In this document: piece after piece, positions 1 to 9,885 of the stretch
How the letters are laid out: each line of letters opens with the position of its first letter
How positions within the stretch are numbered: the stretch's first letter is position 1
DNA from: an uncultured bacterium
GTDB lineage: Bacteria; Patescibacteriota; Minisyncoccia; UBA6257; 2-01-FULL-56-20
Direction: 5' to 3'
NCBI GenBank assembly: GCA_963707865.1
Contig: OY970175.1
Coordinates: forward strand, 208,748-272,747
Length of the DNA stretch: 64,000 nucleotides
The notes under the pieces: generated by a model
Databases searched by the model: none
What the model saw: only the letters and a program-made list of their open reading frames with translations
What the model was told of the DNA's origin: nothing
Translations under genes and position numbers: made by a program

Positions 1-589
1 GGATCCCGAAGAAGTGCGGCGCTCGTTCGGCATCGTGTTCCAGGACCCAAGCTTGGATGACGAACTGACCGCGAAGGAAAACATGGAATTCCATGGGATT
101 CTGTATAATGTTCCTGCGAAATTGCGCAAAGAGCGTGTTGAGCAGCTCATGAAGTTTGTTGAGCTGTGGGATCGGCGCGATAGTTTGGTCAAGGAATTTT
201 CCGGCGGCATGAAGCGGCGGTTGGAAATCGCGCGCGGTCTTCTACACCACCCAAAAGTGATATTTTTGGACGAGCCGACGCTCGGCCTTGATCCGCAGAC
301 GCGCAACCACATGTGGAGCTATCTACAGGATTTGAACAAAAAGGAAGGTATCACGGTTTTCTTCACGACGCACTATATGGAAGAAGCGGCGCGCATCGCA
401 GAGCGTATCGCGATTATTGACCACGGTGAGATTGTCGCGACCGGAAGCGCGCAGGAGCTCATGAAGCAGACGGGAACCCCTTCGCTTGAGGATGCATTCT
501 TGAAACTGACCGGCAACGTGATCCGCGAAGAGGAATCAAGCGCGGTTGACCGCTTGCGCACCCGTGCCCGCAGATGGGGGCGTCGATAG
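1..589 (+). CDS. ABC transporter ATP-binding protein (DrrA/NodI-like), 5'-truncated by window edge
   Basis: Signature FSGGMKRR, Walker B IFLDEPT and H-loop FTTHY; Walker A lies outside the window. Confidence 0.9.
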   Translation, partial: DPEEVRRSFGIVFQDPSLDDELTAKENMEFHGILYNVPAKLRKERVEQLMKFVELWDRRDSLVKEFSGGMKRRLEIARGLLHHPKVIFLDEPTLGLDPQTRNHMWSYLQDLNKKEGITVFFTTHYMEEAARIAERIAIIDHGEIVATGSAQELMKQTGTPSLEDAFLKLTGNVIREEESSAVDRLRTRARRWGRR

Positions 590-616
590 TGAACCTGGTA
601 AGAAAATTATAAAAAA

Positions 617-1363
617 ATGAAAACAATCTACATAATGTGGCTCCGCGAATTGAAGCGATATTTCCGTTCAAAGTCGCGGATGATCGGTTCGCTCGGGCAG
701 CCGATTCTTTTCCTGCTCGCGCTCGGTTACGGCCTCGGCTCCGTTTTCCAGGCCGCGGGCGAAGGGAGTTATTTCCAGTTTTTGGTGCCCGGCATCGTTG
801 GCATGAGCATCATTTTCACCGCGATTTTTTCCGGCATCCAGCTCATTTGGGACCGGCAGTTCGGATTTTTGAAAGAGACGCTTGTGGCACCCGTGTCGCG
901 GCTGAACATCATGATCGGCCGCACGCTCGGCGGCGCGACCGTCGCGACATTCCAGGGGATCATCGTTTTCTTGATCTCCATGGCGTTCGGTTTCCGCCCG
1001 GATAATTGGTGGCTGGTCCCTGTCGCAATTATCTTTATGCTTCTCGTTGCGCTGCTTTTCACCGCGCTCGGCACCGGCATTGCGTCACTCCTTGAGGACA
1101 TGCAGGGCTTCCAACTCATCATGAACTTCCTTGTCATGCCTTTGTTCTTCCTGTCGGGAGCGCTCTTCCCGCTCTCCGGCCTGCCGGCCATCCTTGCCGG
1201 CCTCACGACGATTGATCCGCTCTCTTATGGTATTGACTCCTTCCGCGCGCTCCTCGTGAATACCACTCATTTCGGTCTCGGCATTGACTTCATTGTGCTT
1301 GCCGCAGTCACGATCGTGTTCTTGGGAGTCGGGAGTTATCTGTTCTCAAAGATTGAGGTATAA
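617..1363 (+). CDS. ABC-2 type transporter permease
   Basis: About 6 TM segments with DRQFGFLKETLVAPVSR and FLSGALFP motifs; follows the ABC ATPase. Confidence 0.9.
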   Translation: MKTIYIMWLRELKRYFRSKSRMIGSLGQPILFLLALGYGLGSVFQAAGEGSYFQFLVPGIVGMSIIFTAIFSGIQLIWDRQFGFLKETLVAPVSRLNIMIGRTLGGATVATFQGIIVFLISMAFGFRPDNWWLVPVAIIFMLLVALLFTALGTGIASLLEDMQGFQLIMNFLVMPLFFLSGALFPLSGLPAILAGLTTIDPLSYGIDSFRALLVNTTHFGLGIDFIVLAAVTIVFLGVGSYLFSKIEV

Positions 1364-1370
1364 TTGAGAG

Positions 1371-2084
1371 ATGAAAGTGGAATGGAACAAAGTGACGTGG
1401 TATTCCAAGATCATCGCGCTTATTCTTTTTGTGGCGCTTCCCTTCATTGGATTTTGTTACGGTATCCGGTACGGGATGATCCTCCAGGGATCGCGCGATA
1501 TCGCGGCGCTCACACGCGAGAACGCCGCTACGAGCGTGAATTACTACGAAAACGTCTCCGCGTGGCAGATTGGCAATAGGACGGACGCCGGATTCTCCAT
1601 TGCATATCCGATTGATTTTGATACGAACGATATTTATGCAACGACGCTGTCCACTGACTGGCGGTTTGGCGTGGACGCGTCGCAGCAGGGCGTTCTTGCA
1701 TTCACGCTTGTGATCCCACGGGCTTTTGAGCCACAGACAAACTTTGCCGATGCAAAACTCACCGTGGGATATAGCGCGAACGGCGTTGCGGTTGCGCAGT
1801 GCCTTGTGCCGGGTCCGGCATCCGGCCCTTCAAACGCAACCTCCAGTACTGTGATAAATAATATCCAGTTTACCGTGCTCCATTTCACGGATGCGGGCGC
1901 AGGCAATTATTACGAAACGACAAGTTACCGGACGGTCCAGTCAGGGAAGTGCTGGGCAGTGGAATATACCATTCATTCGTCACAGATCGCGAACTATCCG
2001 GAATCCTACGGGTTGCATTCATTTGATCGAGCGATGGTCGCGGGCGTCCTTGACCGGATCGTGGGCACTTTCGCCTTTCGGTAA
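1371..2084 (+). CDS. Membrane-anchored hypothetical protein with N-terminal EWNKVTWYS motif
   Basis: 237-aa ORF, single N-terminal TM helix, TATAAT 6 nt upstream of ATG. Confidence 0.75.
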   Translation: MKVEWNKVTWYSKIIALILFVALPFIGFCYGIRYGMILQGSRDIAALTRENAATSVNYYENVSAWQIGNRTDAGFSIAYPIDFDTNDIYATTLSTDWRFGVDASQQGVLAFTLVIPRAFEPQTNFADAKLTVGYSANGVAVAQCLVPGPASGPSNATSSTVINNIQFTVLHFTDAGAGNYYETTSYRTVQSGKCWAVEYTIHSSQIANYPESYGLHSFDRAMVAGVLDRIVGTFAFR

Positions 2085-2096
2085 AACAATGCTTCT

Positions 2097-2780
2097 ATGA
2101 AAAAAATAGGGCCTGTCGCCGTAATTATAGTGTTGATACTCGTAATCGCGTTTGGGGTCGGCCAGTTTTTTGCGCTTCCGGTTCAATCTCCGGCGGTGCC
2201 CTCTTCGCCCGGGGCGAATACCTCAACGCTCGCGCTTAGAACGCAAGTAATCACCTATATGCCTGCGACGCCCGCGAGTTCAACTCCAGTACAAGAAGGT
2301 TCATGCTGGACGAGTTCCATCGCGGCGCCTTTTCGGAGGGATGCGTGGCGGTGCGCGGTGGGGAATTCCATAAGCGATCCCTGTTTCCAAATTCCCGGAG
2401 GCACGAACCTTCTTTGCGGTGCAAATCCGGCGGTCCCCGATGCCACTTCTTCATTCGTTTTGAAGCTTACGAAATCACTTCCTGCGCCGGACAATATTCA
2501 AGGTTCCGTTCCCGCGAACTGGGCGTGGCTTATAAAGCTTGCGGACGGGACAGTGTGTTCTCCCTTCACTGGTACGTTCCCCATCGCGGAGGGCGGCGTT
2601 TCTGCGAGCTACGGTTGTGCTCCGAGAATTCCTGGCGGCGAAGGAGTCCTGATTTTTAACGATTTGAACGCCAGCACGAGCAAGTGGACGGCGGAGGTGG
2701 GAACGCTCTCTACCGTTACCTCTGGCTTGCCGACCGTGGTGGGAGAAACGACGGTACCAGTGGACAAAGTATGGCAGTAA
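2097..2780 (+). CDS. Secreted/membrane-anchored Cys-containing hypothetical protein
   Basis: N-terminal hydrophobic helix, Pro/Ser/Thr linker, six Cys (GSCW...AWRC...DPCF). Confidence 0.75.
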   Translation: MKKIGPVAVIIVLILVIAFGVGQFFALPVQSPAVPSSPGANTSTLALRTQVITYMPATPASSTPVQEGSCWTSSIAAPFRRDAWRCAVGNSISDPCFQIPGGTNLLCGANPAVPDATSSFVLKLTKSLPAPDNIQGSVPANWAWLIKLADGTVCSPFTGTFPIAEGGVSASYGCAPRIPGGEGVLIFNDLNASTSKWTAEVGTLSTVTSGLPTVVGETTVPVDKVWQ

Positions 2781-2786
2781 CGCTAA

Positions 2787-2818
2787 CACAAGCCCCCGCC
2801 GGAGCGGGGGTCTGTGTG
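2787..2818. terminator. Hairpin between convergent genes (likely terminator)
   Basis: CCCCCGC-cgga-GCGGGG stem with flanking ACA/TGT pairing. Confidence 0.55.
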
Positions 2819-2838
2819 CCGCGTTTTACGCGCGCCCG

Positions 2839-5800
2839 TTACTGTGAGCAGAGTTGATTCAGAACTGATCGGGTCGCGGAACCTACATAACCATTGCCGG
2901 AAGTGAGGCCGTTCGGTGTGAGAATCTCATCAGCAAAGATGTTCTGGAAGATGATGACCGCATTCTTCGTGGCATCACCGAAGTAGGTGCTCTCATTGCC
3001 CGGTGAGCCCGCGCCGCTCTTTGCCACTTGCGTGAGGTTGCTCATATTCAGGACCGTCTGCAGCGACTTCACGTCAGCATCGTTCGTGCCCTGGTGCAGG
3101 TTCTTGTTGAACTGGGCCGAGCAGGAAGCGTCTTTGAGCTGTTGCGTGACTAGTTTTTTCTCAAGCGCGATCAGTTGCTGCGTCAAGCTCTGGAGAAGCT
3201 GGAGGAGTGTCCCTGGATTCGTCGTTGAAGCACCCAAGACCTGGCCACCGCCATTGCCCGTTGTGATCGTCGGTGGGTAGTAGCCACCGCTGCCACCGCC
3301 ACCACCACCGGAAGTCACGATCATGCTATTGCTGCTGGAATTACCGGAGGGTGGCGTCACACTGCCAGTAGTCGTCACGGCCATTTCATCTCCCACGCTC
3401 TCCGGCGAGCCTTGCGAAACAGAGCGGAGATAGTAGGTGGTACCCGGCGTGAGACCGGAAGCCGTCACGCTGTGGTCGGTTGTCGTTGCAGTGTCTTCGC
3501 TGGTGGAGCTCGCGTAGCCGTAGTTCGGCGCGTCTCCGAGCGTCGCATGTGAGACCGTGTCGTAGATCACGCGGCTCGTCGCCGGGTGGTCGGTCGTCCA
3601 CGTAAGCGTGATGGATGTGTCAGCGGCGTTTGTAGAAGTTTCATTTGAGATTACGGGTGCAGGAGGTACGAATGTTTCCGTGATGGCGCAGCTCACCGAA
3701 CCGCCTGCTATGATGCCGCTCCCGTCGTTGCAGTTACCGCTCGTCCCTGCGGAGTAGTTCGCAAGCGACGGGGGATTCACATGGAATGGGGTGTTCGCGT
3801 CAATCGTGACCGCTGTGCCGGACGCATCACCCGCGAAGGTGGACGTCGGGCTCGGGTGGCCGGCGATCACCGTGACCATGAAGTCAGAGGAGGTCGCGCT
3901 GCCGCCCGCAGAGTTATCAACAACGAGCGAGACGTTCAGGGTGCTCGTCGGCGTTGGAGGCAGTTGTGTGTACGTTATGGTGCAGCTGTACGAACTGCTT
4001 GCAGCCACCGTGCCGCTACAATCTCCCAAGGCACCGACGGTGTAGTCGTCCACCGCCGCGCCTGCAACCAAGAACACATCACCGTCATTCAAGGTCACTG
4101 GTCCTGCATATGGAGCGGTCGTACTGTTGACTGTGACCGAAGCCCCTGCTCCGAGAGGAGTCTCCGGAACGGTCACTGTGAGGGTTGAGGTGGCAAAGGA
4201 TCCGCCGCCACCGCCACCGCCACCACCACCACCGCCACCTGACGTGCCTTGTGTGTACGTTATGGTGCAGCTGTACGAACTGCTTGCAGCCACCGTGCCG
4301 CTACAATCTCCCAAGGCACCGACGGTGTAACCGTCCACCGCCGCGCCTGCAACCAAGAACACATCACCGTCATTCAAGGTCACCGGTCCTGCATATGGAG
4401 CGGTCGTACTGTTGACTGTGACCGAAGCCCCTGCTCCGAGAGGAGTCTCCGGAACGGTCACTGTGAGGGTTGAGGTGACGATTGGGTTCTCGCTGGGTGA
4501 GATGTTCACCTCCGTGCCATCATTCGCATTTGTCTGAATAGGAACATTGTAATGACTGTCGGTCACCGAGACATCAGATCCATTCGCGATCTCGAACTGG
4601 AAGTTCTTGCCCGGAGAACCGGCCACATCTGCGAACACTTGAACACTATTAACTCCGGTGATTAACGTGGCGGGAGTTCCTGATGCATCAAAGAAAGCGG
4701 TGTTGTCTTGGGCCACTGAAGTGAGCGTCTGTCCCACCTGCGTGCCATCAACTATCAGTTTCACGTTCTGAAGATCGCCGCTACTTGCGGAGCCGACCAC
4801 GCTGAAGCGAATGCTGTTTAAGAGGACGGGGCTGTTATAGACGGAGAAGTCCCACGCGCCGACAAGGTCATTCGTAGTGTTCACATTCAATGTGTCCCCG
4901 ATGGCAGACGAGGCGATCGTCAACTCTGCAAGCGATGGGTTCTCGTATGCCGACGCGTGAACCGTCAAGATATAGCTTGAACTCGCTATATTGCTTTGCA
5001 CGTTGTTGCCATTCACCGAGACGCTGACCGTTGAGCTGCCAACGTCGCCTATTTGCGGAGTGCCGCTCACCGTTGCGGTGTCGCCGGCGGTCGTCGAGGT
5101 TGCCCATGCCGGCAAGCCCGTGATCTGCCAGGTCAAGGTATCTACTGGGTCGGTCGAGGTTGCAACGATGGTTGCACTGTACGGGGTATCTGCGGTCGCC
5201 GTGTCAGGCGTGAGACCCGAGACGATCGTGATCGTTGGCGCAGCGTTCACCGAGATTGAGAAGTCCTGAGTCGTCGGGGTACTTGCCGGGTTCGCGCCCG
5301 TTGCGACCAAGCTTACCGTCGAGGAGCCAAGATTGATTACTCCTGGCGTACCGGAGATGGTCGCCGTGTCGCCGTTCGCGACAAACGATGTGATCCATGC
5401 AGGCAGCGGCGTTGAAGTGCTCAGAGTCAGGGTATCCGCCGGATTGGTTGAGGTGGCGGTGATCGTCGTCGCGTAGAGGACGCCAACCGTCGCGTCAGGA
5501 AGCGGCGAAGTTGTGACAAACGAGATTGCCGGAGCGGTGCTCACTGTGATCGTATCGATCAGAGAACCGACACTCGCGGCGTTCGAGGTGCTCGTTGCGT
5601 TCACATTCAGAATAATCGGGTCGGTCGTGGTCGGGGTGCCTGTGACGGTGAGCGTTGTCTCTGTTGAAGTGCTCGTGAAGCCGTCAGGCAGACCGGTTAT
5701 ATCGAAGACGAAAGTGTCCGTCGCATTGCTGTCGCTTGCCGTGAAGGTTTGGCTAAACGGCACGCCTACTTGAGCCACGTCAGGCGATGAGGTCGCGATC

Positions 5801-6191
5801 GTGACTGCGGGGGCATCGCTCACCGTGAGCGGATAGGTCTGCGTTACGGTGGTTGAAGCATTCGTCTCGTTTGTCGCAGTCACCGAGACCGTTGTTGAGG
5901 TCGCGGTCGTCGGAGTGCCGGAGATCGTGAGTGTGTTACCCGCTGGGATGCTCGCTATGCCATCCGGCAAACCGCTCACCGTCCAGTCAAAGACGCCGGG
6001 GTCGGTGGAAGAGACTGTGAGGGTCGCGCCCGCGTAGGGGACACCTACCGTCGCCGTGTCAGGCACCAAACCCGTGATCGTTACATCCGCGGAGTTCACG
6101 GTGATCACATAGGTCTGTGTCGTTGAAGCGCTGAATTGGTTGGAACCAGTCACAGTTACGTCGAAGGATCCCTGTTCAGCAATTGTAGGTG
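2839..6191 (-). pseudogene. Large Thr/Ser-rich surface protein (putative Ig repeats, FN3-like domain, C-terminal peptidoglycan-binding domain), 5' end removed by IS3
   Basis: Repeated GLP.W/G...TISGTP Ig-like units, ITLTWTTD...YYLRSVS FN3-like domain, DVKSLQTVLN...YFGDATKNAVIIFQ PG-binding domain; the computed N-terminus runs into the IS3. Confidence 0.75.
3964..4477. repeat. 229-bp near-perfect direct repeat (3964-4192 and 4249-4477) separated by a poly-Gly-coding linker
   Basis: 3 mismatches seen by eye; offset of 285 nt keeps the frame. Confidence 0.9.
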
Positions 6192-6246
6192 TGACCTGGA
6201 CCCCATATATTAGACACAAAGGTCGAAAAGCATTTACCATTGTGTC

Positions 6247-6510
6247 ATGAGCAACAAAACAGGGCATCGGGTGCCGCAAGAAGTGAAGGCGGACATCCTC
6301 CGCCGCGTGAAGGAAGAAGGCGTTTCGGTCGCCCAGGCGGCCAAGGACCACGGCCTGCACGAGTCCACCATCTACAACTGGCTGGGCACCGGAGCTGTGG
6401 GCACTCCTTCGTGGGGCGAGTTCTCACGCCTGCAGAAGCAGAACAAAGAATTGTTTGAGGTGGTGGGCGAGCTCACCGTGAAGCTCTCCCAGGCCCAAAA
6501 AAAGTATTGA
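6247..6510 (+). CDS. IS3 transposase OrfA (HTH)
   Basis: SVAQAAKDHGLHESTIYNW HTH plus coiled coil. Confidence 0.85.
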   Translation: MSNKTGHRVPQEVKADILRRVKEEGVSVAQAAKDHGLHESTIYNWLGTGAVGTPSWGEFSRLQKQNKELFEVVGELTVKLSQAQKKY

Positions 6511-7289
6511 GCGAGAGGAGAAACAAGTCCGCCCTGGCAAAAGCCATGGGCGTTTCGCGAGCGAGCCTCTACTACGTGGCGAAACAACACGGGAAGGACT
6601 GGGCGCTCAAGATCCGGATGGAAGAGGTGCTGCAAGAACACCCCTCGTACGGATCGCGCCGCTTGGCTATCGCCCTTGGCATGAACCGCAAACGGACAAA
6701 GCGGGTGATGCGACTGTTCGGCGTGAGACCCTACCGCAGGAGAGGCAGGAAATATCGGAAATCAAAGGCAAAACGTACGTATCCGAACCTGCTCCTCGGC
6801 GTCTGCCCCTCGTATGCGAACCATGTCTGGGCGGCGGATTTCACGGAGATGGTCCAGCACGGCAAAAAGGTGTACGTGGCGACGATCATCGATCTCTTCA
6901 CGCGGCAGACGATGGGCCTTCACGTCGGAACGCGGAAAGGCGCGGCGCTCGTGATCCATGCATTGGCGAACGCCTTGTTCCACCACCCGCGGCCCACGAT
7001 CTTCCACTCGGACAACGGGAGAGAATATGAGGCAAAAGCGTTCATCGCGCTCCTTGAGGAATGGGGCATCACGATTTCACGGTCACGGCCGGGATGCCCG
7101 TGGGAGAACGGCTACCAGGAATCGTTCTACGACAAATTCAAAGTGGATTTCGGCGATCCAAACCGGTTCAGAACCTTGGGCGAGCTCGTGGCCGCGATCT
7201 ACCGCACGGTCTGGGAATACAACCATACCCGGATCCACTCCGCGCTCAAGATGCCGCCCGCGGTGTTTGCCGAGAAAATGGCGGCATGA
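6507..7289 (+). CDS. IS3 transposase OrfB (DDE integrase core)
   Basis: WAADFT, FHSDNG, ENGYQESF and YNHTRIHSAL motifs. Confidence 0.9.
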   Translation: MSERRNKSALAKAMGVSRASLYYVAKQHGKDWALKIRMEEVLQEHPSYGSRRLAIALGMNRKRTKRVMRLFGVRPYRRRGRKYRKSKAKRTYPNLLLGVCPSYANHVWAADFTEMVQHGKKVYVATIIDLFTRQTMGLHVGTRKGAALVIHALANALFHHPRPTIFHSDNGREYEAKAFIALLEEWGITISRSRPGCPWENGYQESFYDKFKVDFGDPNRFRTLGELVAAIYRTVWEYNHTRIHSALKMPPAVFAEKMAA

Positions 7290-7350
7290 GGCAACAAAAA
7301 ACGGCGCAAAAAATCGCCGAACTACTGTCTAAAGAAAGGGGTCCTTTACA

Positions 7351-7640
7351 ATGGCCGTGATCTGGCCCTGGATCGTGCTGGACAGGCTGCTCTTTTCGTC
7401 CGCGCTCAGACGTACCATGTCGTTCACGCGAGTGCCGAGCGCATTGAGCGCATTGAGCCGCCGCGTGATCTCTTGGTCCGCGCGGTTTTTCGCGCGCGCG
7501 ATAAGATTGGCAAGCCTTGTCGCGGCGCTCGTTCCAATCCCGGTCCCGCTTGAAGAGGCAGTTTGCGCAAGTGCGGGAAGTGCCGCGCCTGCCGTAAGCA
7601 GCGCCGTAAGCATCATTCCTGCGATAAATTTCTTATTCAT
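7351..7640 (-). pseudogene. Secreted coiled-coil protein, C-terminally truncated by IS3
   Basis: Signal peptide ending ALA-Q; the frame enters the IS3 right end at 7350. Confidence 0.65.
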
Positions 7641-7646
7641 GTTAGT

Positions 7647-7943
7647 TTAGAGCGATTGCTGGCTGACCGGCTGATCGTTCAATCCCTGGGCAATGTTTGC
7701 GGAGTCGGAAGCAAGGCCGTTCAATTCACCGTCTATTTGCGCGAGATCTTGGTTCAGATCGGCATTGGAATTGCCGCTCGTAAGCACGGGACCGCTCGTT
7801 GTCGTCGGTGCCGTTGGTTGCGGCGCGGAGGGAGCATATGCCGTGGAAGGGCTGCTGCTTTGGCTTCCCATCCACCACCAAACGCCGCCCACGATGAGAA
7901 CGAGAACTACCACGATAATGATAATCTTTGCTGTGTTTGACAT
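7647..7943 (-). CDS. Small membrane-anchored hypothetical protein
   Basis: MSNTAKIIIIVVVLVLIVGGVWWW TM helix, Pro/Thr linker, helical tail. Confidence 0.7.
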   Translation of the reverse strand: MSNTAKIIIIVVVLVLIVGGVWWWMGSQSSSPSTAYAPSAPQPTAPTTTSGPVLTSGNSNADLNQDLAQIDGELNGLASDSANIAQGLNDQPVSQQSL

Positions 7944-8040
7944 TGTTATTGACCTCTTGTCCGATTGTTTATCGACCTTTGCGCACTCCTCTATTATATA
8001 TACGTTTTTCTTTGAGGTCATGTTGCGTTATAATCACAGC

Positions 8041-9408
8041 ATGGATGCCGTACAAGGCATTTTGAATGCGGCGGGCCAAGTGTTTTGGTACGCGTGGTGG
8101 ATATGGATTCCCCTCGTTTTGTTCCCGCTTTTTGAGTCCACGTGGCTTTTTTGGCGGCAGCAGGTTTTCAAGCGCGAATTGGAATTCGTGCATTTGGAGA
8201 TCCGCATCCCGCGCGAGACGAAGAGAAGCCCGCGGGCGATGGAGCAGGTGCTCATGTCTATCCATAACCTTCGCAATGCACCGGCAGACCCGGAGGAAAA
8301 ATGGTGGGACGGTGAGGTCACGCGCTGGTACGCGCTGGAGTTGGTGAGCATTGGCGGAGAGATTCATCTGTACCTACGCGCGTGGAGAAAGCAAAAGGAG
8401 ATCATCCAGGCGGCGTTCTTTGCCCATTACCCCGATGTGGAGATCGTGGAAGTGGATGATTACATTGACCGGCTGCCTGCGAGCGTGGGAGAGATGTACA
8501 AGAGCGGTTACGACCTTTGGGGATCAGAGTTTACCCTTGCGCGTGAACCCGCGTATCCCATCAGGAGCTACGTGGATTTTGAATCACCGGACGAGGAAAA
8601 GCAGTTTGATCCCATGTCCACCTTCCTTGAGGTTCTCGGCAAGGTGAAGCGCGAGGAGATTTTGTGCGTTCAGTATCTCATCGTGCCGGCGAGCATGGAT
8701 TGGAGAGACAAGTATCAGTCCTTGGTTGAATCATTGCGCACGAGGAATCAGAAGATTGGTGCGGCGGGAGGAGCGAAGCACACCCTTGGGATGGAATTCC
8801 CGCACATCCTTCCCACGTTCCCGGTGAAAACGAGCGGAGAAGGTGAGGATGGCCTGCGCGTCCTTGGAAAGGCAATCATGACGCGGACGCCGGGCGAGAC
8901 CGATGTCCTCAAGGCAGTGGAAGAGAACCTTTCCTTCCCGCCGTTTAACACCCTTATTCGATTCGTCTATTTCTCGCCGAAGGAACTGTATTTTGACACG
9001 CTGCCGCGCCGCGGATTGACCGGCGCATTCAACCAATATGCCGCCGCTAACCTTAATTGGTTTACGCGGAACGAGGAAATCAGCACGAGGGTTAAGTTTT
9101 GGGACTTTCCGTACCTCTTTCCGAATGCGCGCCTTGATCGCAGAAAGAGCCGCGTGCTTGCGGACTATCGCGCGCGGGAAATCCCGCCGGAGACCTCAAT
9201 GGGAAAGGTTATCCGCTCAAAATTTTTGCACTGGGAGCACTCCCGCATGTTTCTCTTGAGCACGCGGTCGCTTGCGACGCTTTTTCATCCGCCGACCTAC
9301 CGCGTGATCACGGCGCCGCACATCAAACGGGTGGTGAGCAGGAAGGCAGGCGCGCCGGCTGGCCTTGCGATCTACGGCGGGGAAGAGGAGATGGAGAAAT
9401 TCAAATAA
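8041..9408 (+). CDS. Membrane-anchored protein associated with VirD4-like ATPases (CPR-type)
   Basis: N-terminal TM; LEIRIPRE, HYPDVEIVEVDDY and LATLFHPP motifs; TATAAT 6 nt before ATG 8041. Confidence 0.7.
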   Translation: MDAVQGILNAAGQVFWYAWWIWIPLVLFPLFESTWLFWRQQVFKRELEFVHLEIRIPRETKRSPRAMEQVLMSIHNLRNAPADPEEKWWDGEVTRWYALELVSIGGEIHLYLRAWRKQKEIIQAAFFAHYPDVEIVEVDDYIDRLPASVGEMYKSGYDLWGSEFTLAREPAYPIRSYVDFESPDEEKQFDPMSTFLEVLGKVKREEILCVQYLIVPASMDWRDKYQSLVESLRTRNQKIGAAGGAKHTLGMEFPHILPTFPVKTSGEGEDGLRVLGKAIMTRTPGETDVLKAVEENLSFPPFNTLIRFVYFSPKELYFDTLPRRGLTGAFNQYAAANLNWFTRNEEISTRVKFWDFPYLFPNARLDRRKSRVLADYRAREIPPETSMGKVIRSKFLHWEHSRMFLLSTRSLATLFHPPTYRVITAPHIKRVVSRKAGAPAGLAIYGGEEEMEKFK

Positions 9409-9878
9409 TGGCGATTATCATAATCATCAAGTGGATCTGCATTGTGATTACGATACTGCTTGGCGGGGGTTTTATCTTCGCGTTATATAAGGGCTGGTCG
9501 TATCACCCGCATTATGAATTGGAAAAACGGAAGGCAAAGAAAATACTTACTCTGCGCGATGCGGTGACGAAGGAACACTGGGAAACCATCGTGAGGACAT
9601 TCTCGCTTGGAACGCCGGAGGCCGCGCGGACGGCCGTCATTGAGGCGGATACGCTCGTGGATACGGTGCTCAAAAGCATGGAGATTCCCGGCCAGCACCT
9701 TGCCGACCGGCTGTCCAACTTGGAGCCGGAGGAGGTTGCATCGCTTGATCGGGTATGGCGGGCGCACCGCACGCGGAACGATCTTGTGCACACGCCGGGA
9801 TTTGCACTGACCGAGAAGGAGGCGCAGAAGACGCTCGAGGACTACGAGGCTTTTCTCAAAGATCTGGGAGTGTTATAA
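9408..9878 (+). CDS. Membrane-anchored hypothetical protein with HEPN-like RNxxxH motif
   Basis: AVIEADTLVD...AHRTRNDLVH; TAATG overlap with the upstream gene. Confidence 0.65.
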   Translation: MAIIIIIKWICIVITILLGGGFIFALYKGWSYHPHYELEKRKAKKILTLRDAVTKEHWETIVRTFSLGTPEAARTAVIEADTLVDTVLKSMEIPGQHLADRLSNLEPEEVASLDRVWRAHRTRNDLVHTPGFALTEKEAQKTLEDYEAFLKDLGVL

Positions 9879-9885
9879 CCACGCT

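Larger units (their letters stand above)
6192..7350 (+). mobile_element. IS3-family insertion sequence
   Basis: Imperfect TIRs TGACCTGGACCCCATATATTAGACA / TGTAAAGGACCCCTTTCTTTAGACA; orfA+orfB; A-AAA-AAG slippery site at 6497-6504. Confidence 0.9.

Noticed and set aside
3964-4477. Near-identical repeat pair as a DGR TR/VR
   Set aside because: Both copies are in frame in one gene, the mismatches are not adenine-only, and no reverse transcriptase is in the window
6192-6360. N-terminus of the 1173-aa ORF
   Set aside because: It is the antisense strand of the IS3 left end/orfA, not a signal peptide
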